DNA of 60,518 nt, taken from IMG/VR virus record IMGVR_UViG_3300027509_000001, positions 128,001 to 188,518 of that record, one strand, 5' to 3'. Each line of letters opens with the position of its first letter. The first letter of the stretch is position 1. Made by a program: the position numbers and the translations under genes. Under the pieces are notes generated by a model. That model was not told the origin of the DNA and did not search any database. It saw only the letters and a list, made by a program, of their open reading frames with translations. This document shows, piece by piece, positions 11,217-21,365 of the stretch. This DNA comes from a virus (taxonomy: Duplodnaviria; Heunggongvirae; Uroviricota; Caudoviricetes).

Positions 11217-12011
11217 TTATTCTAAATTATTTATCCGATTAGTTAATGTTATTATCTCTTCTTGTGCTGCGGTAACACTGTCGGATAATCCACTCAATGC
11301 AATAGTTTGATCATTTGTCAAATTTTCTGCTTCTGCTTCTGCTAGTTCCTTTTCAGCAATTGCGAAATCAATTGCGCCCTTTGATGCATCTTTTGCGGAA
11401 TTGACAATTGTATCTGTAGAACCTGCTAATACTAATAAACTATCAAATTGCTGGCTTAATGATTTTAGTTCTAAATTAGGAGACCATTGCAAAATTAAAT
11501 CGGATGATGTAGATGGGTTTATTGGAGTTGGCGATATTCCAGCAGCGTCTAGTTCTGATTTATTTTTATTACCATTATCGTATGCCAAGAGTTCATTAAA
11601 ATCAACTTCCTCTATTATTTGTATAGAATCTAATGATCTCTCTCTTTCTGCCAGAAGAACTTCTACCGATTTATAGTTTGGTATCTTTAAGAGACTTCCA
11701 TTGTTTATTATATAGTATTCGTATTCGGATGGATTTAATATGCCCTGACCTGTTGGTCTAAATATAGTTCCTTCTTGCAAAGAAAAAGCTTCGGTAGACA
11801 CGTCTATAGATGGGGTAAAGAAATTGAATTCGTTATCAATTGTTTTATATACATCTACGTCAGAAACTATTAATTTTTCTAACTTAATTGGTAAAATTAC
11901 AATTTCATTTTCAAAAGGTATTGGATAGACCTGCCTAAAATTTCTTTTTGACGTATTGGCATGTATTATTTCTGGCAATTCTTCAGTTACATATTGATAT
12001 AATGGTGTCAT
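11217..12011 (-). CDS. hypothetical virion-module protein
   Basis: ORF tightly packed in the structural operon; C-terminal coiled coil. Confidence 0.55.
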   Translation of the reverse strand: MTPLYQYVTEELPEIIHANTSKRNFRQVYPIPFENEIVILPIKLEKLIVSDVDVYKTIDNEFNFFTPSIDVSTEAFSLQEGTIFRPTGQGILNPSEYEYYIINNGSLLKIPNYKSVEVLLAERERSLDSIQIIEEVDFNELLAYDNGNKNKSELDAAGISPTPINPSTSSDLILQWSPNLELKSLSQQFDSLLVLAGSTDTIVNSAKDASKGAIDFAIAEKELAEAEAENLTNDQTIALSGLSDSVTAAQEEIITLTNRINNLE

Positions 12012-13030
12012 ACTATTTTGAAATTATAATTGTGATCTTTAATATACATATTTCCATCCGGCGAGATTAGTTTAAATTTAATTTTATAGAATCGGTTAGA
12101 ATAAAAATTATCGGTTGTAAAGGACACATAATATCCTACATCTGATTTATTAATAGTGTTAACTGAATTATATGGCACTATTATTTTCCCCGTATGCGAA
12201 TCTTCTATTTGATATTGAGTTGTTGGCAATGTTATATCGCTTAGTGAACTAGAAGTACTAACATATGACTTCTTATCAAATAATGCTCTAACATTTATAT
12301 TAAAAATCACATGCTCTCCCCTTTCAAATTTTGATTTGAAATTTGAAATACTCAAATCAATTTTATAAGGGTCTAAATCAGTCGATGGGGAAAATTCTCC
12401 ATCTGAAATTGGCATGCTTACAACTAATGTTGGATCCCAAATAGTATGAGTATTCTTACCAAAGAATTTAATGGCACTATTGTCATAATCTATTATTTCG
12501 AATGCATCATCGTATTTAATAATAATACCATGGTTAGGGTTTAAATTCCAATATTCTACAATTTCGGAAATGTCTATAAATAAATCGTTTTCAGTTAAAT
12601 TATATTCATAAGATATTTCAATTGATTCATCATACATTGGATCAGGCCATATGTCATTGGAGTTATAACTTGACCAAGAAGCCCCTCTATTGACATATGG
12701 TGCGTCATTAGTATTACCAACACCTTCTACCCAATCAATTAACAATGGGTATATTTTAATATTAATAATTTGACTTGATGCATTTTGAAGCTCTAAAGTA
12801 TGCAATAACAATTGATATAAATATGATTCATCATATGTTGTGTCTGGAAATTTCATTAATATTCTAGACGAGGTTGATGTTGGCCATGATTCCAATGGAT
12901 TTATTTGAGATGGTATTATTTGCCCCGATGCATTTTTAATCAACTCTAATATAGGATCTGCGCCAGTGTTTTTATCTGGGGCATGTTGGTATATTGTGGT
13001 ATCTTTTTCTAACCTATGTATTTTAAACAT
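12008..13030 (-). CDS. virion protein, DNRLRE-like/carbohydrate-binding fold
   Basis: KDTTIY..NTG..SRILMKF..WVEG..ASW..DISEIVEYW..NHGIIIK..PTLVV pattern. Confidence 0.5.
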   Translation of the reverse strand: MFKIHRLEKDTTIYQHAPDKNTGADPILELIKNASGQIIPSQINPLESWPTSTSSRILMKFPDTTYDESYLYQLLLHTLELQNASSQIINIKIYPLLIDWVEGVGNTNDAPYVNRGASWSSYNSNDIWPDPMYDESIEISYEYNLTENDLFIDISEIVEYWNLNPNHGIIIKYDDAFEIIDYDNSAIKFFGKNTHTIWDPTLVVSMPISDGEFSPSTDLDPYKIDLSISNFKSKFERGEHVIFNINVRALFDKKSYVSTSSSLSDITLPTTQYQIEDSHTGKIIVPYNSVNTINKSDVGYYVSFTTDNFYSNRFYKIKFKLISPDGNMYIKDHNYNFKIV

Positions 13031-13042
13031 ATTTTTACCTTT

Positions 13043-14902
13043 TTATAAATCGATTACACGACCTTTTATATCTGCGTCAGGAAATTTTACTTCAAATATA
13101 CTAGGATCTAAACTAGGATATATTATTCCATTCCTTGTTGCACTTTTAATATCATACAAATTTCCAGAGTATCCACTATCAGAATCATATAAATTTTCAA
13201 TAGCTATAGAAGACACTGTCTGTACTCCTTCTATTTGGTCTAACTCTGCATATAATTTCGACAATATAATTGATTTATTAATTTCCATATATTGCTGCGA
13301 GAATAATTCTTTTAATCTAGCAATACATTTTGTAATTACTTCATAACTATTTGAATTTGGACGAGTAATAATTTCAAAACTTATTCCAATATTAATAATA
13401 AACGCATCTCTAATATTAATTGCGTCTGTCATTAATCTATATTCCATTAAATATCTACGTAAATTTTCTTTAATAGCATCATTAGCTATTATAAACGTAC
13501 CATCTTCATCATATGATAATACATGTAAATCCAATGCATATGGATTATGATTTGTATTATTAGATAATTGCTCATCTTGTTCTATATATGCCTTTGCTAA
13601 TGCCCCATATTTGCTGGGCATATTATAAGCTCTTAATATATAGTCTGCTTTTGTTACTGCTCTATTTTGCGCGGCGAAATGCGATATTGCTTCTTCTCTA
13701 ATTACATCTAAAGGTTTTTGATTTAATCCACCGTATGCTGGTTGTGGATTTGTTATTTTTAATCCCCTTTCGGCGTCAGTTTTTATCAAGTTTAAAATAG
13801 TTTCGTCTATACTATTATTATTGTCAACAAATTCTATATCATCTATTATTGTTATTGAATCAGATTTTACATTATCTATTAAACCATTAGCTTTTGAATA
13901 TGTCACTGTTAAAGTTGTATCAGTTGGCGCTGTACCATATGTTTTAGTATTTAAAAAATTTTGTGGGTCAATTGACACGTCTTCAGATCTTTTAAAATAA
14001 TCTATTCCAATACCAACATTAAATGGATTAGGCAATATTTCTTCATCTGATTCTAAATTCAATCCTGCCCCAAACTGTATTTCATATTTATCGTCATTTC
14101 TAAGTCTAATAACGTATCTTCGGTCAGTTTGTGAATAGCATAATAAATATGGTACGGTAGAATTATACTGACTTAATTCGGTATCATTGAATGAAGTATT
14201 TCTAACAGATATTGGAATTAGATCTTGACTTAGGTAATTAACTTCATACCATTTGTTTTCCTCGGAATCTATAATTTCAATAATCTCGGAAACTCCCGAT
14301 TCATCTATTACTATTTTATCATATTTTTTAGGATCGGTGAATACATATTCCGAAGTACTTATTGCCCCAGAAACTGCTTTTACCGATTTAGTTAATTGAA
14401 AATATGTTATTTCCCCGTCGTTTGCAATTTCATATATTGACACTGTTATTGGAGAAGATTTAGTATTAATATTAAAATCTACAGGTTCAATTGTTCTGAA
14501 TCTAATATTTTCTTGAGTACCAATTTGTGCGCCAGATTTAATATGCAATGCATAATCCATATTAGGCTCGTACTCGCCGCCAACTAACTTGGCTGGCACT
14601 AACTGCATAAAATCTATATTAACTTGAGCAGGCACGATTGTATTAGGCTTATATCCATAATTTTGAGCTAAATTATATATATTCTTTTTCTCAAAAGCCA
14701 TATTAATAAAAGATTCTTGCAATTGCTTGTCATTGTAAAAAGACAGTACATCTCCGATCATTGCAGACATCTCAATGAACATCATTCCTGGGCTTGATTC
14801 GTTGAAGTCACTATACGTATCAGGAAAATAATTTTTCGCATGATTTATTAAGGCTCTTCGAAAATCACCAAAGTCTTTATTGTTATATTTTATATCAGCC
14901 AT
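13043..14902 (-). CDS. baseplate wedge subunit (T4 gp6-like)
   Basis: YNNKDF..YFPDTYSDFNESSPGMMFIE; AQNRAVTKADY motif. Confidence 0.85.
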   Translation of the reverse strand: MADIKYNNKDFGDFRRALINHAKNYFPDTYSDFNESSPGMMFIEMSAMIGDVLSFYNDKQLQESFINMAFEKKNIYNLAQNYGYKPNTIVPAQVNIDFMQLVPAKLVGGEYEPNMDYALHIKSGAQIGTQENIRFRTIEPVDFNINTKSSPITVSIYEIANDGEITYFQLTKSVKAVSGAISTSEYVFTDPKKYDKIVIDESGVSEIIEIIDSEENKWYEVNYLSQDLIPISVRNTSFNDTELSQYNSTVPYLLCYSQTDRRYVIRLRNDDKYEIQFGAGLNLESDEEILPNPFNVGIGIDYFKRSEDVSIDPQNFLNTKTYGTAPTDTTLTVTYSKANGLIDNVKSDSITIIDDIEFVDNNNSIDETILNLIKTDAERGLKITNPQPAYGGLNQKPLDVIREEAISHFAAQNRAVTKADYILRAYNMPSKYGALAKAYIEQDEQLSNNTNHNPYALDLHVLSYDEDGTFIIANDAIKENLRRYLMEYRLMTDAINIRDAFIINIGISFEIITRPNSNSYEVITKCIARLKELFSQQYMEINKSIILSKLYAELDQIEGVQTVSSIAIENLYDSDSGYSGNLYDIKSATRNGIIYPSLDPSIFEVKFPDADIKGRVIDL

Positions 14903-14903
14903 C

Positions 14904-15371
14904 TTATTCTACCCTTATGATTGGTCTACCATTTACTTTAAATATAGACATTGTTCTATTTGCGCCCGAATTATTTACTGTAAAGGATATTAATATCCCT
15001 ACTCCGTGCCCGTCATTTAAATTTGCTTGAGTTGGAGTATTATCAATTATTAACTTATTAATTGTAATATATGGTAACCACATATCTGATTGCATTACAA
15101 TTTCATCGTTAATTAAATCTTGAAATTCTCTAGTATTTTGATCAAAAACGTAATCCATTAAACCAACACCAAAAAGAGGTTGCATGAATCTTTCCCCCTT
15201 TCTAGTTAAAAGCAAATTAATAAAATTGCTTATTGCTTGTTCCTCTGTATAATCTGACATATTGAACGTTGTATTGTATTCGTCATTAGGGTCTTTGTTC
15301 ATTGGCAATTTAATACCAAGTTTACTAAAACCTCTTTTATAGTCAGGTGGATATAATTTAGATTTAATCAA
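14904..15371 (-). CDS. baseplate wedge subunit (gp25/GPW-like)
   Basis: NLLLTRKGERFMQPLFG and WLPYITI motifs. Confidence 0.85.
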   Translation of the reverse strand: MIKSKLYPPDYKRGFSKLGIKLPMNKDPNDEYNTTFNMSDYTEEQAISNFINLLLTRKGERFMQPLFGVGLMDYVFDQNTREFQDLINDEIVMQSDMWLPYITINKLIIDNTPTQANLNDGHGVGILISFTVNNSGANRTMSIFKVNGRPIIRVE

Positions 15372-15373
15372 TG

Positions 15374-15694
15374 TTAAGGCCTATTCTTTTTGTTCATTTT
15401 ATCTAACATTGCCCCATAGTCTTTATACATTATATTAACCATTTTATTCGCGCTATCATTTTCTATTTGAGCCGATTCAACTACATGCGGAGTTTGGACA
15501 TTTTTTATTGTTTCTGGAGATACTATCGATTGTAGTAAATTTAATGTTGGGGTGGTGTTACTTGATTCTTTTGTAGCCTCAACAATTGGCATTGATTCTT
15601 TATTTATTGATTCGACCAATTGCTTAATTGGTTGTAATTCTTCTCGAATAACTTCTCGAATAATATCTTTAAATTTTTCTGTTGCTGTCTTCAT
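15374..15694 (-). CDS. hypothetical late protein
   Basis: ORF preceded by late motif at 15701. Confidence 0.55.
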   Translation of the reverse strand: MKTATEKFKDIIREVIREELQPIKQLVESINKESMPIVEATKESSNTTPTLNLLQSIVSPETIKNVQTPHVVESAQIENDSANKMVNIMYKDYGAMLDKMNKKNRP

Positions 15695-15709
15695 ACTATA
15701 TATAAATAT

Positions 15710-16780
15710 TTAAATTTTAAATTTTTGTGGAAATGTAGCACTTAATAATTTGGTTACATCTCCTACATTTGTAGCTATACTCGTTGGTCCCATCATAGTA
15801 GTAAAGAATTTAGAACCAGTAGTCAATTTTTGAAGTTCAGATAAATGAGATTTTATGAAATTCATTAAATCATCTAAATCAACGTAATGTTCTTTAGATT
15901 GGAAGATTACTTGATCTGCTGTTAATATTGCTTTCTTTTTACCTATTAAAATTATATTATCTTTCTTAGCGTTTAATACAACTCGTTCAGAGTCTCCTAC
16001 TATTTGGGCTCCTTGATATTTTGATATTTTACTTGCATCTTTATTCTTTTTAAATCCTGGCTTTAACTTTTCTAGTTTTTGATCTGAACATAAATATATA
16101 GATGCAGAATCTTCATTTATATTTTCTATTTGATATGTAGGAGCAGCAGGATTTGATACGTCGCTAGTATCGACATTTCTTTTTGTTGAATTAGTTGGTT
16201 TAAATACCCTAATAATGGTTAATGGGTCTCCATTAGATGATCCTTTCCAATTTGGATTTTCATTATATACTGATAGATTTTTCTTTATTGTAGAACCAAA
16301 CCTAATAGATTGTCCCATTCTCCCTTCCATTAAAGTATCACCTTCAAATGGTTGTAAATTCCTGACTAATTTAATTTCTGAATTCTTGACAAAATTATAT
16401 CCTATTTCACTCCTATCTGCCTTTATTGTTGGACTAGATCCATTATAATGCCTAGACCTTTTCCATAATTTTGGAAGTTGATTTAATGCCAAGTCATCGG
16501 TTGCATTATATGATGTCCAATACATAAATCCACTTGCTGTTCTATTAGCGGCAGAATTATCGTGAACGGGACCTTCTAGAATAAAAACATGTTCTCCTAT
16601 AAATGGAATTCGTTTATTAAAGACTGCAGGCCTGGCGTAAAAATTTGCCACTTGTCCATCTAAGCTATTCGAATTTCCTCTAAGCAATATTGAACCAAGT
16701 GGCAATATTCTACCCTTGCTATCTTTTTGATTTGATTTAAAGGCTTTTTTAGTTTCTATGACTTCTGCGGTGAATATCAT
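15710..16780 (-). CDS. baseplate hub/spike protein (gp5-like)
   Basis: P..GE.V OB-fold-like N-terminus; PFEGD..EGRMGQSIRFGST; beta-strand-rich C-terminus; upstream of gp25. Confidence 0.6.
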   Translation of the reverse strand: MIFTAEVIETKKAFKSNQKDSKGRILPLGSILLRGNSNSLDGQVANFYARPAVFNKRIPFIGEHVFILEGPVHDNSAANRTASGFMYWTSYNATDDLALNQLPKLWKRSRHYNGSSPTIKADRSEIGYNFVKNSEIKLVRNLQPFEGDTLMEGRMGQSIRFGSTIKKNLSVYNENPNWKGSSNGDPLTIIRVFKPTNSTKRNVDTSDVSNPAAPTYQIENINEDSASIYLCSDQKLEKLKPGFKKNKDASKISKYQGAQIVGDSERVVLNAKKDNIILIGKKKAILTADQVIFQSKEHYVDLDDLMNFIKSHLSELQKLTTGSKFFTTMMGPTSIATNVGDVTKLLSATFPQKFKI

Positions 16781-17107
16781 TTAAGCAGTAAGTCCCATAG
16801 ATTCTTTATAATTACCTATTAGCTCATCTCTTTCCGATTCAGATAAACTAATTTTTTCTTCGGTCGAAACAGTAGCCTCAGTTCCTTTTTTAATGGTATT
16901 TATTAACTTTAATAATAATTCGTCATTTTTTATATACATTCCCAAATATTGAGAAAGCAATGGAACTAAAACCGACGCGTCGGCTGAATCTTTGATTAGT
17001 GGCGCTAAAGAATCTATTAATGATTTAATCTGGTCTTTATTACCTTTATGATTATTATATAATTCTTCTTGTAACTCTTCTACTGTTTTTTCATTGAATG
17101 CTATCAT
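16781..17107 (-). CDS. hypothetical protein
   Basis: ORF track; helical. Confidence 0.55.
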   Translation of the reverse strand: MIAFNEKTVEELQEELYNNHKGNKDQIKSLIDSLAPLIKDSADASVLVPLLSQYLGMYIKNDELLLKLINTIKKGTEATVSTEEKISLSESERDELIGNYKESMGLTA

Positions 17108-17128
17108 AAATCCTTTCCTTTATTATAA

Positions 17129-17947
17129 TTATAAAGGACTAACTAATTTCCCATTTATTCTATAAGAACTAAACATTTCATAAAAATAAGCCTTTAGTTT
17201 CTTAACTACTCGTGTAATGTGTAAAGTATTATCTATATTTGCAGATTCTCTAATGTAAATATAAATCATTTTTTTATTGAATACATCTAAATCGCCTGCC
17301 GATCTGAATATTTCTACTATTGCATTTGCTACCCTTCTATCAATTTTACTTTTAAATAAAACCTCTAAATTAATATCAATCCATCTGCACCATTCTAAAA
17401 TAAAATCCTTTAAAATTTCCTGATAATCATTTGTACTTACCTCAGTTTGTAGATTTCTTTTACTATCGACAACGTCTAGATCTGCTTTAGTTTTCATTCC
17501 CTTTACAACCATCTGACTTTTCTTTATGAAAAAATGCTTTGCTACGATTGTAAAATATGAGTAGGCTTTAGATCCAGTATCGGGATTGTATTTATGAAGT
17601 TGAGTATATAAGAATGAAACCGCTTCTGTCTTTAAGTCAATATAATCAGTTTCATATTTATAAAACTTCCACTTATGAATGATATTTTCGCATAATTTAT
17701 TTAGAGCTGGATGTATTGTATCTGTAAATACTTTTTCTCGGTCTCTTTCAGTTTTCGCTAACTTCTTTTCTAATTCCTTATATGAATTACCTAATTTCTT
17801 AGCTTCTGTTATTTCTTCTTGAATTGGTTGCAGACATCTTAAATAGTATACGATTGCTGCTTGAACTTCTTTACCAAAATATGGCTTACGCTTTTTCTTT
17901 TTTGCTGGAGCTTTCTTCTTTGGGAGTGGTTTGAATGTCGTCGTCAT
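17129..17947 (-). CDS. late-transcription sigma factor (T4 gp55-like)
   Basis: KPYF..; LCENII..; KYNPDTGSKAYSYFTIVAKHFF matches gp55-family F.YFT region. Confidence 0.7.
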   Translation of the reverse strand: MTTTFKPLPKKKAPAKKKKRKPYFGKEVQAAIVYYLRCLQPIQEEITEAKKLGNSYKELEKKLAKTERDREKVFTDTIHPALNKLCENIIHKWKFYKYETDYIDLKTEAVSFLYTQLHKYNPDTGSKAYSYFTIVAKHFFIKKSQMVVKGMKTKADLDVVDSKRNLQTEVSTNDYQEILKDFILEWCRWIDINLEVLFKSKIDRRVANAIVEIFRSAGDLDVFNKKMIYIYIRESANIDNTLHITRVVKKLKAYFYEMFSSYRINGKLVSPL

Positions 17948-18245
17948 TAAGTTGTATGGTTTTTAATTTTTCGGCTAAACTGTTAATTATCAATAAAATA
18001 GATTTAAATGTAAATCCAACTTCGTCGTCTGATGAGAATAAGCCCTTTCTATCTACTCTAGAAATATTCGCATATGCTCCGTTGAATAACTTTAATAAAT
18101 CTTTATAAAAATTATACATGTCATCTTCAATATATATCTTAGACTCGATATATGATTTAGTTGCTTTCAATTTCAAATATAAATTAATATTAACATATAT
18201 AGAAATTAATAACAATAATACTAGTATAATTACAAATAACGTCAT
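17886..18245 (-). CDS. membrane-anchored hypothetical protein
   Basis: N-terminal hydrophobic helix. Confidence 0.55.
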   Translation of the reverse strand: MTLFVIILVLLLLISIYVNINLYLKLKATKSYIESKIYIEDDMYNFYKDLLKLFNGAYANISRVDRKGLFSSDDEVGFTFKSILLIINSLAEKLKTIQLNDDDIQTTPKEESSSKKEKA

Positions 18246-18251
18246 AATATT

Positions 18252-19055
18252 TTAGTTGTTAAAAATGTCATCAAATTCAGATTCCTTTGTTTTGGGAGCA
18301 GCAGTTGCGAAACCAGAATTCATTAAATTGACTTCTGGGTTTTTATTTACGTCCCATTCTACTAGAGATTCTGTTGATATTTTTTGATTGGATTCCGAAT
18401 GAGTTACAGTTTTATTCCATCTTTCCCATTCAAATCTAGATGCCATCATATCTGCTTGATGCAATACTATTGCAATACTTGATCTTAATTTATTAGATGC
18501 AGAAAAACTAGTTAAATATGATTTATTTCCATCGTCATACATGCCATCATGTATTTTAATAGCATGATATTCGTTCCATGACATTGCTACTCCATATTTC
18601 TGCAAAATATACAATGATAAATCTGGAACTGTTGCGTACGGAGTACTTTCATTTGATTTATATAACCGGCCCTGATTCTTCTTGTGCCAGTCAGAGTCAT
18701 TTGCTATATATCCTTCTCCATTGTCAACTGGAAAACCCATTTTACCTAAATCATGATTTAACGCTGCGAATAATAATTCTTCTAAAGTAAATGTAGTTAC
18801 ATCAAGTCCTAACTTTTCATATAACTTATAAACGTATTTTGAATATTGAATTACTCTTAATACATGATCACAATATCCTCCAGGAAATGCATTGTGAAAA
18901 TAATCAAATCCTGAAGCTGGTTGGAATACTAACCTTTCTTCATATGCTTCGTAAACTTTTCTTAAATTTGGACGAGATGGGAATGTTTCGTCTATTAGAC
19001 TTAGTAATTTGTCGTAATTAGACTTTAATTGATCCGGTGTTAATTGATATGCCAT
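18252..19055 (-). CDS. HD-domain phosphohydrolase
   Basis: HNAFPGGYCDH..NHDLGK..IHDG..HQAD. Confidence 0.8.
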   Translation of the reverse strand: MAYQLTPDQLKSNYDKLLSLIDETFPSRPNLRKVYEAYEERLVFQPASGFDYFHNAFPGGYCDHVLRVIQYSKYVYKLYEKLGLDVTTFTLEELLFAALNHDLGKMGFPVDNGEGYIANDSDWHKKNQGRLYKSNESTPYATVPDLSLYILQKYGVAMSWNEYHAIKIHDGMYDDGNKSYLTSFSASNKLRSSIAIVLHQADMMASRFEWERWNKTVTHSESNQKISTESLVEWDVNKNPEVNLMNSGFATAAPKTKESEFDDIFNN

Positions 19056-19127
19056 TGTTATTTTTGTTAAGTAGCATTAAATATAACAAATAAATCTGAG
19101 ATATCCTAATTATTTGGTAATTATTTT

Positions 19128-20042
19128 TTATTTAGTCTTGTATGTACGTATTTGATTAGGTTTTTGACTTTTAAACGTTTCATCTATTAAATCGTCAAGT
19201 TCATTTTTTGGCTTAATATTAGGAACCACAATTGGCAATGAAGTCGATAATTTTTTAGATTTCAAATTCCATATATTTATAGCTAATATTACTAGGGCAA
19301 TTGCAAGTGGATCGAATACTAGAATTATTATGCAAATAAACCAATTAATTATTTCTTCCATTGGTTTACTAGTTAATGATTGTACATATTTTAAAGGACC
19401 TAATTCTGAACTAGATTCTGAGTTAAGTTTATTATCTATTATTTGAAATTCTAATAATTCAATTGAATCACGAGTATCATTAATATTCATTTCTACTGAG
19501 GACAATCTATTGTCAAATTTAGATAATTGAGTTTGGATTCTTTCTTGGACTTTTCCGGATGTATATGTTACTCTTTCTCCATCAGAATTAATTGTAGAAT
19601 TCTGAATATTAAATCCTTTATTTAACTCTGAAATATTATTTATAATAGATTCTTTTTCTTTTATTAAATAATTATAAGTCTCTTGAAATGTTGATTTTCT
19701 AGTTTCTATTAAATCAATTTTTTTAGTTTCAATTTTATCTTTTTCATAAGTCTCTTGAAATGCAGCAGACAAAAATCCATAAATTCCAGCTGAGGTTATA
19801 ACCATGAGTATAATAATTGCAGTAATTAAATAACTCTTTAGCCAACCATTTAAATCCTTCCAATAATAATGAATGACTCCTGTAATTACAACCTTAGATA
19901 TTTCTAAACTAGTTGCCATAATCATGACATGTATTCTAGCCCCTGAGAATAAAGAACCCAATCCTAATACTGAATATAATGCAGCAGATATAGAAACTAT
20001 AATCCCTAAAATTAATACTGATATTGATATCTTCTTATTCAT
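19128..20042 (-). CDS. multi-pass membrane protein with coiled coil
   Basis: three N-terminal TM helices, coiled coil, C-terminal VFDPLA TM helix. Confidence 0.65.
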   Translation of the reverse strand: MNKKISISVLILGIIVSISAALYSVLGLGSLFSGARIHVMIMATSLEISKVVITGVIHYYWKDLNGWLKSYLITAIIILMVITSAGIYGFLSAAFQETYEKDKIETKKIDLIETRKSTFQETYNYLIKEKESIINNISELNKGFNIQNSTINSDGERVTYTSGKVQERIQTQLSKFDNRLSSVEMNINDTRDSIELLEFQIIDNKLNSESSSELGPLKYVQSLTSKPMEEIINWFICIIILVFDPLAIALVILAINIWNLKSKKLSTSLPIVVPNIKPKNELDDLIDETFKSQKPNQIRTYKTK

Positions 20043-20067
20043 TCTTTTAGTTCAGGAGCGGACCTCA

Positions 20068-20251
20068 TGGATTTGCAAAGTCTTATTCTATTAATATTTA
20101 TAAACTTGAAAAGATAGGATAATTTCCAATTATTCATACTATCCCGAATATACTGTTTGTTTTTTAATATTTATTTTTTTAAAATTTCCACTATTATTGC
20201 GAACCTATTGGATTTGCAAAGTCTTATTCTATTAATATTTATAAACTTGAA
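20068..20251. repeat. perfect 43-bp direct repeat (20068-20110 and 20209-20251)
   Basis: tggatttgcaaagtcttattctattaatatttataaacttgaa occurs twice, 98 bp apart. Confidence 0.9.
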
Positions 20252-20302
20252 TGTTGAAGTTACAGAAAATTTCTGACAAATGCAAGTATTTTATATAATT
20301 TT

Positions 20303-20680
20303 TTAACACCCAAGCCTAAATTTAATTTCAATTAACCGTTTAGCCTTTTCAAAAGTTGATAATAAGTGCCTAGATTCTGATTTAGTTAGTGTCCAAGACC
20401 TTCCTTGAATTTTCCAATGCATTTCTGATATTGGATTATTTCTATTGCTAAATCTATTATATTCAGCAGTCAATATATAGATTTCATCGCATAAATATTT
20501 ATATGTGACTTTATAAGATTTACCTCCAATAATAATAGTTCCAGCATTTAGATTGGTACTTGAATCTTTAAATTCTTCTAGTGGATAATATCTATTAGAT
20601 TCAAAATCTATAGTGTGAAATAATGGACCGAATTTTTTTGTTTTAGAAGGGTCCATTGCAAATCGTAAATTTACGCTCAT
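20303..20680 (-). CDS. hypothetical protein
   Basis: ORF overlaps the upstream gene by 4 bp. Confidence 0.55.
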   Translation of the reverse strand: MSVNLRFAMDPSKTKKFGPLFHTIDFESNRYYPLEEFKDSSTNLNAGTIIIGGKSYKVTYKYLCDEIYILTAEYNRFSNRNNPISEMHWKIQGRSWTLTKSESRHLLSTFEKAKRLIEIKFRLGC

Positions 20681-21324
20681 GATAAGTTTTTAATAATTAG
20701 AATTTTTACTATTTCAACATCGAAAGATGCATCGATAGCATATTTTATACCTTTATTTAATTGTTCTGTATTTAAGTAACTTATTAAATCTCCAAGATTA
20801 TATTGCAATTGAATATCATTGTTAGTATTCGGAATTATTATAGTATATAAATCTCCGTTTAACAATAATAATTGATTTATATGGTCTATTAGGTACTTGC
20901 TAGGGTCCGACAATCCTCCGTAGTCAACGTCTAATGCTAATATAGAAACAATATTATTATACTGATGTTTAATGTTATCCGGATTAGAACTATATTCTTT
21001 TAATTGATGCGTTGATATGTCTAAGTCCGGATATTTTTTATTTCCTATTTTGATCATTAAATCATTTTGATCAAAACCAATATATAATCTTGGCTGCATC
21101 GTTGCATAATATCCAAAATCACCTCTTCCACACCCAACATCCAATATGGTAGCTCCAACCTTAATATCAGTAATTACTGCCTCGTATATTGTCTCTTGAA
21201 TTTCTGACGACGGATATCCTACAAATTGAGGATCTCTTAACATATAATTTGAAATTTCAGGCTCAATTGCAGCCTTACTTTCAGTACTTTCCGTCTGAGA
21301 ATTTGGCATGATAAATTTTTGCAT
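20677..21324 (-). CDS. class I SAM-dependent methyltransferase
   Basis: ILDVGCGRGD motif I; YIGFD motif II. Confidence 0.8.
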   Translation of the reverse strand: MQKFIMPNSQTESTESKAAIEPEISNYMLRDPQFVGYPSSEIQETIYEAVITDIKVGATILDVGCGRGDFGYYATMQPRLYIGFDQNDLMIKIGNKKYPDLDISTHQLKEYSSNPDNIKHQYNNIVSILALDVDYGGLSDPSKYLIDHINQLLLLNGDLYTIIIPNTNNDIQLQYNLGDLISYLNTEQLNKGIKYAIDASFDVEIVKILIIKNLS

Positions 21325-21365
21325 GTTTGCAGTTGTTTAATTTATAATAAATATCGTTATTAGTA

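Noticed and set aside
20068-20251. CRISPR mini-array
   Set aside because: Only two repeats, a 98-bp spacer, and no cas genes in the window.
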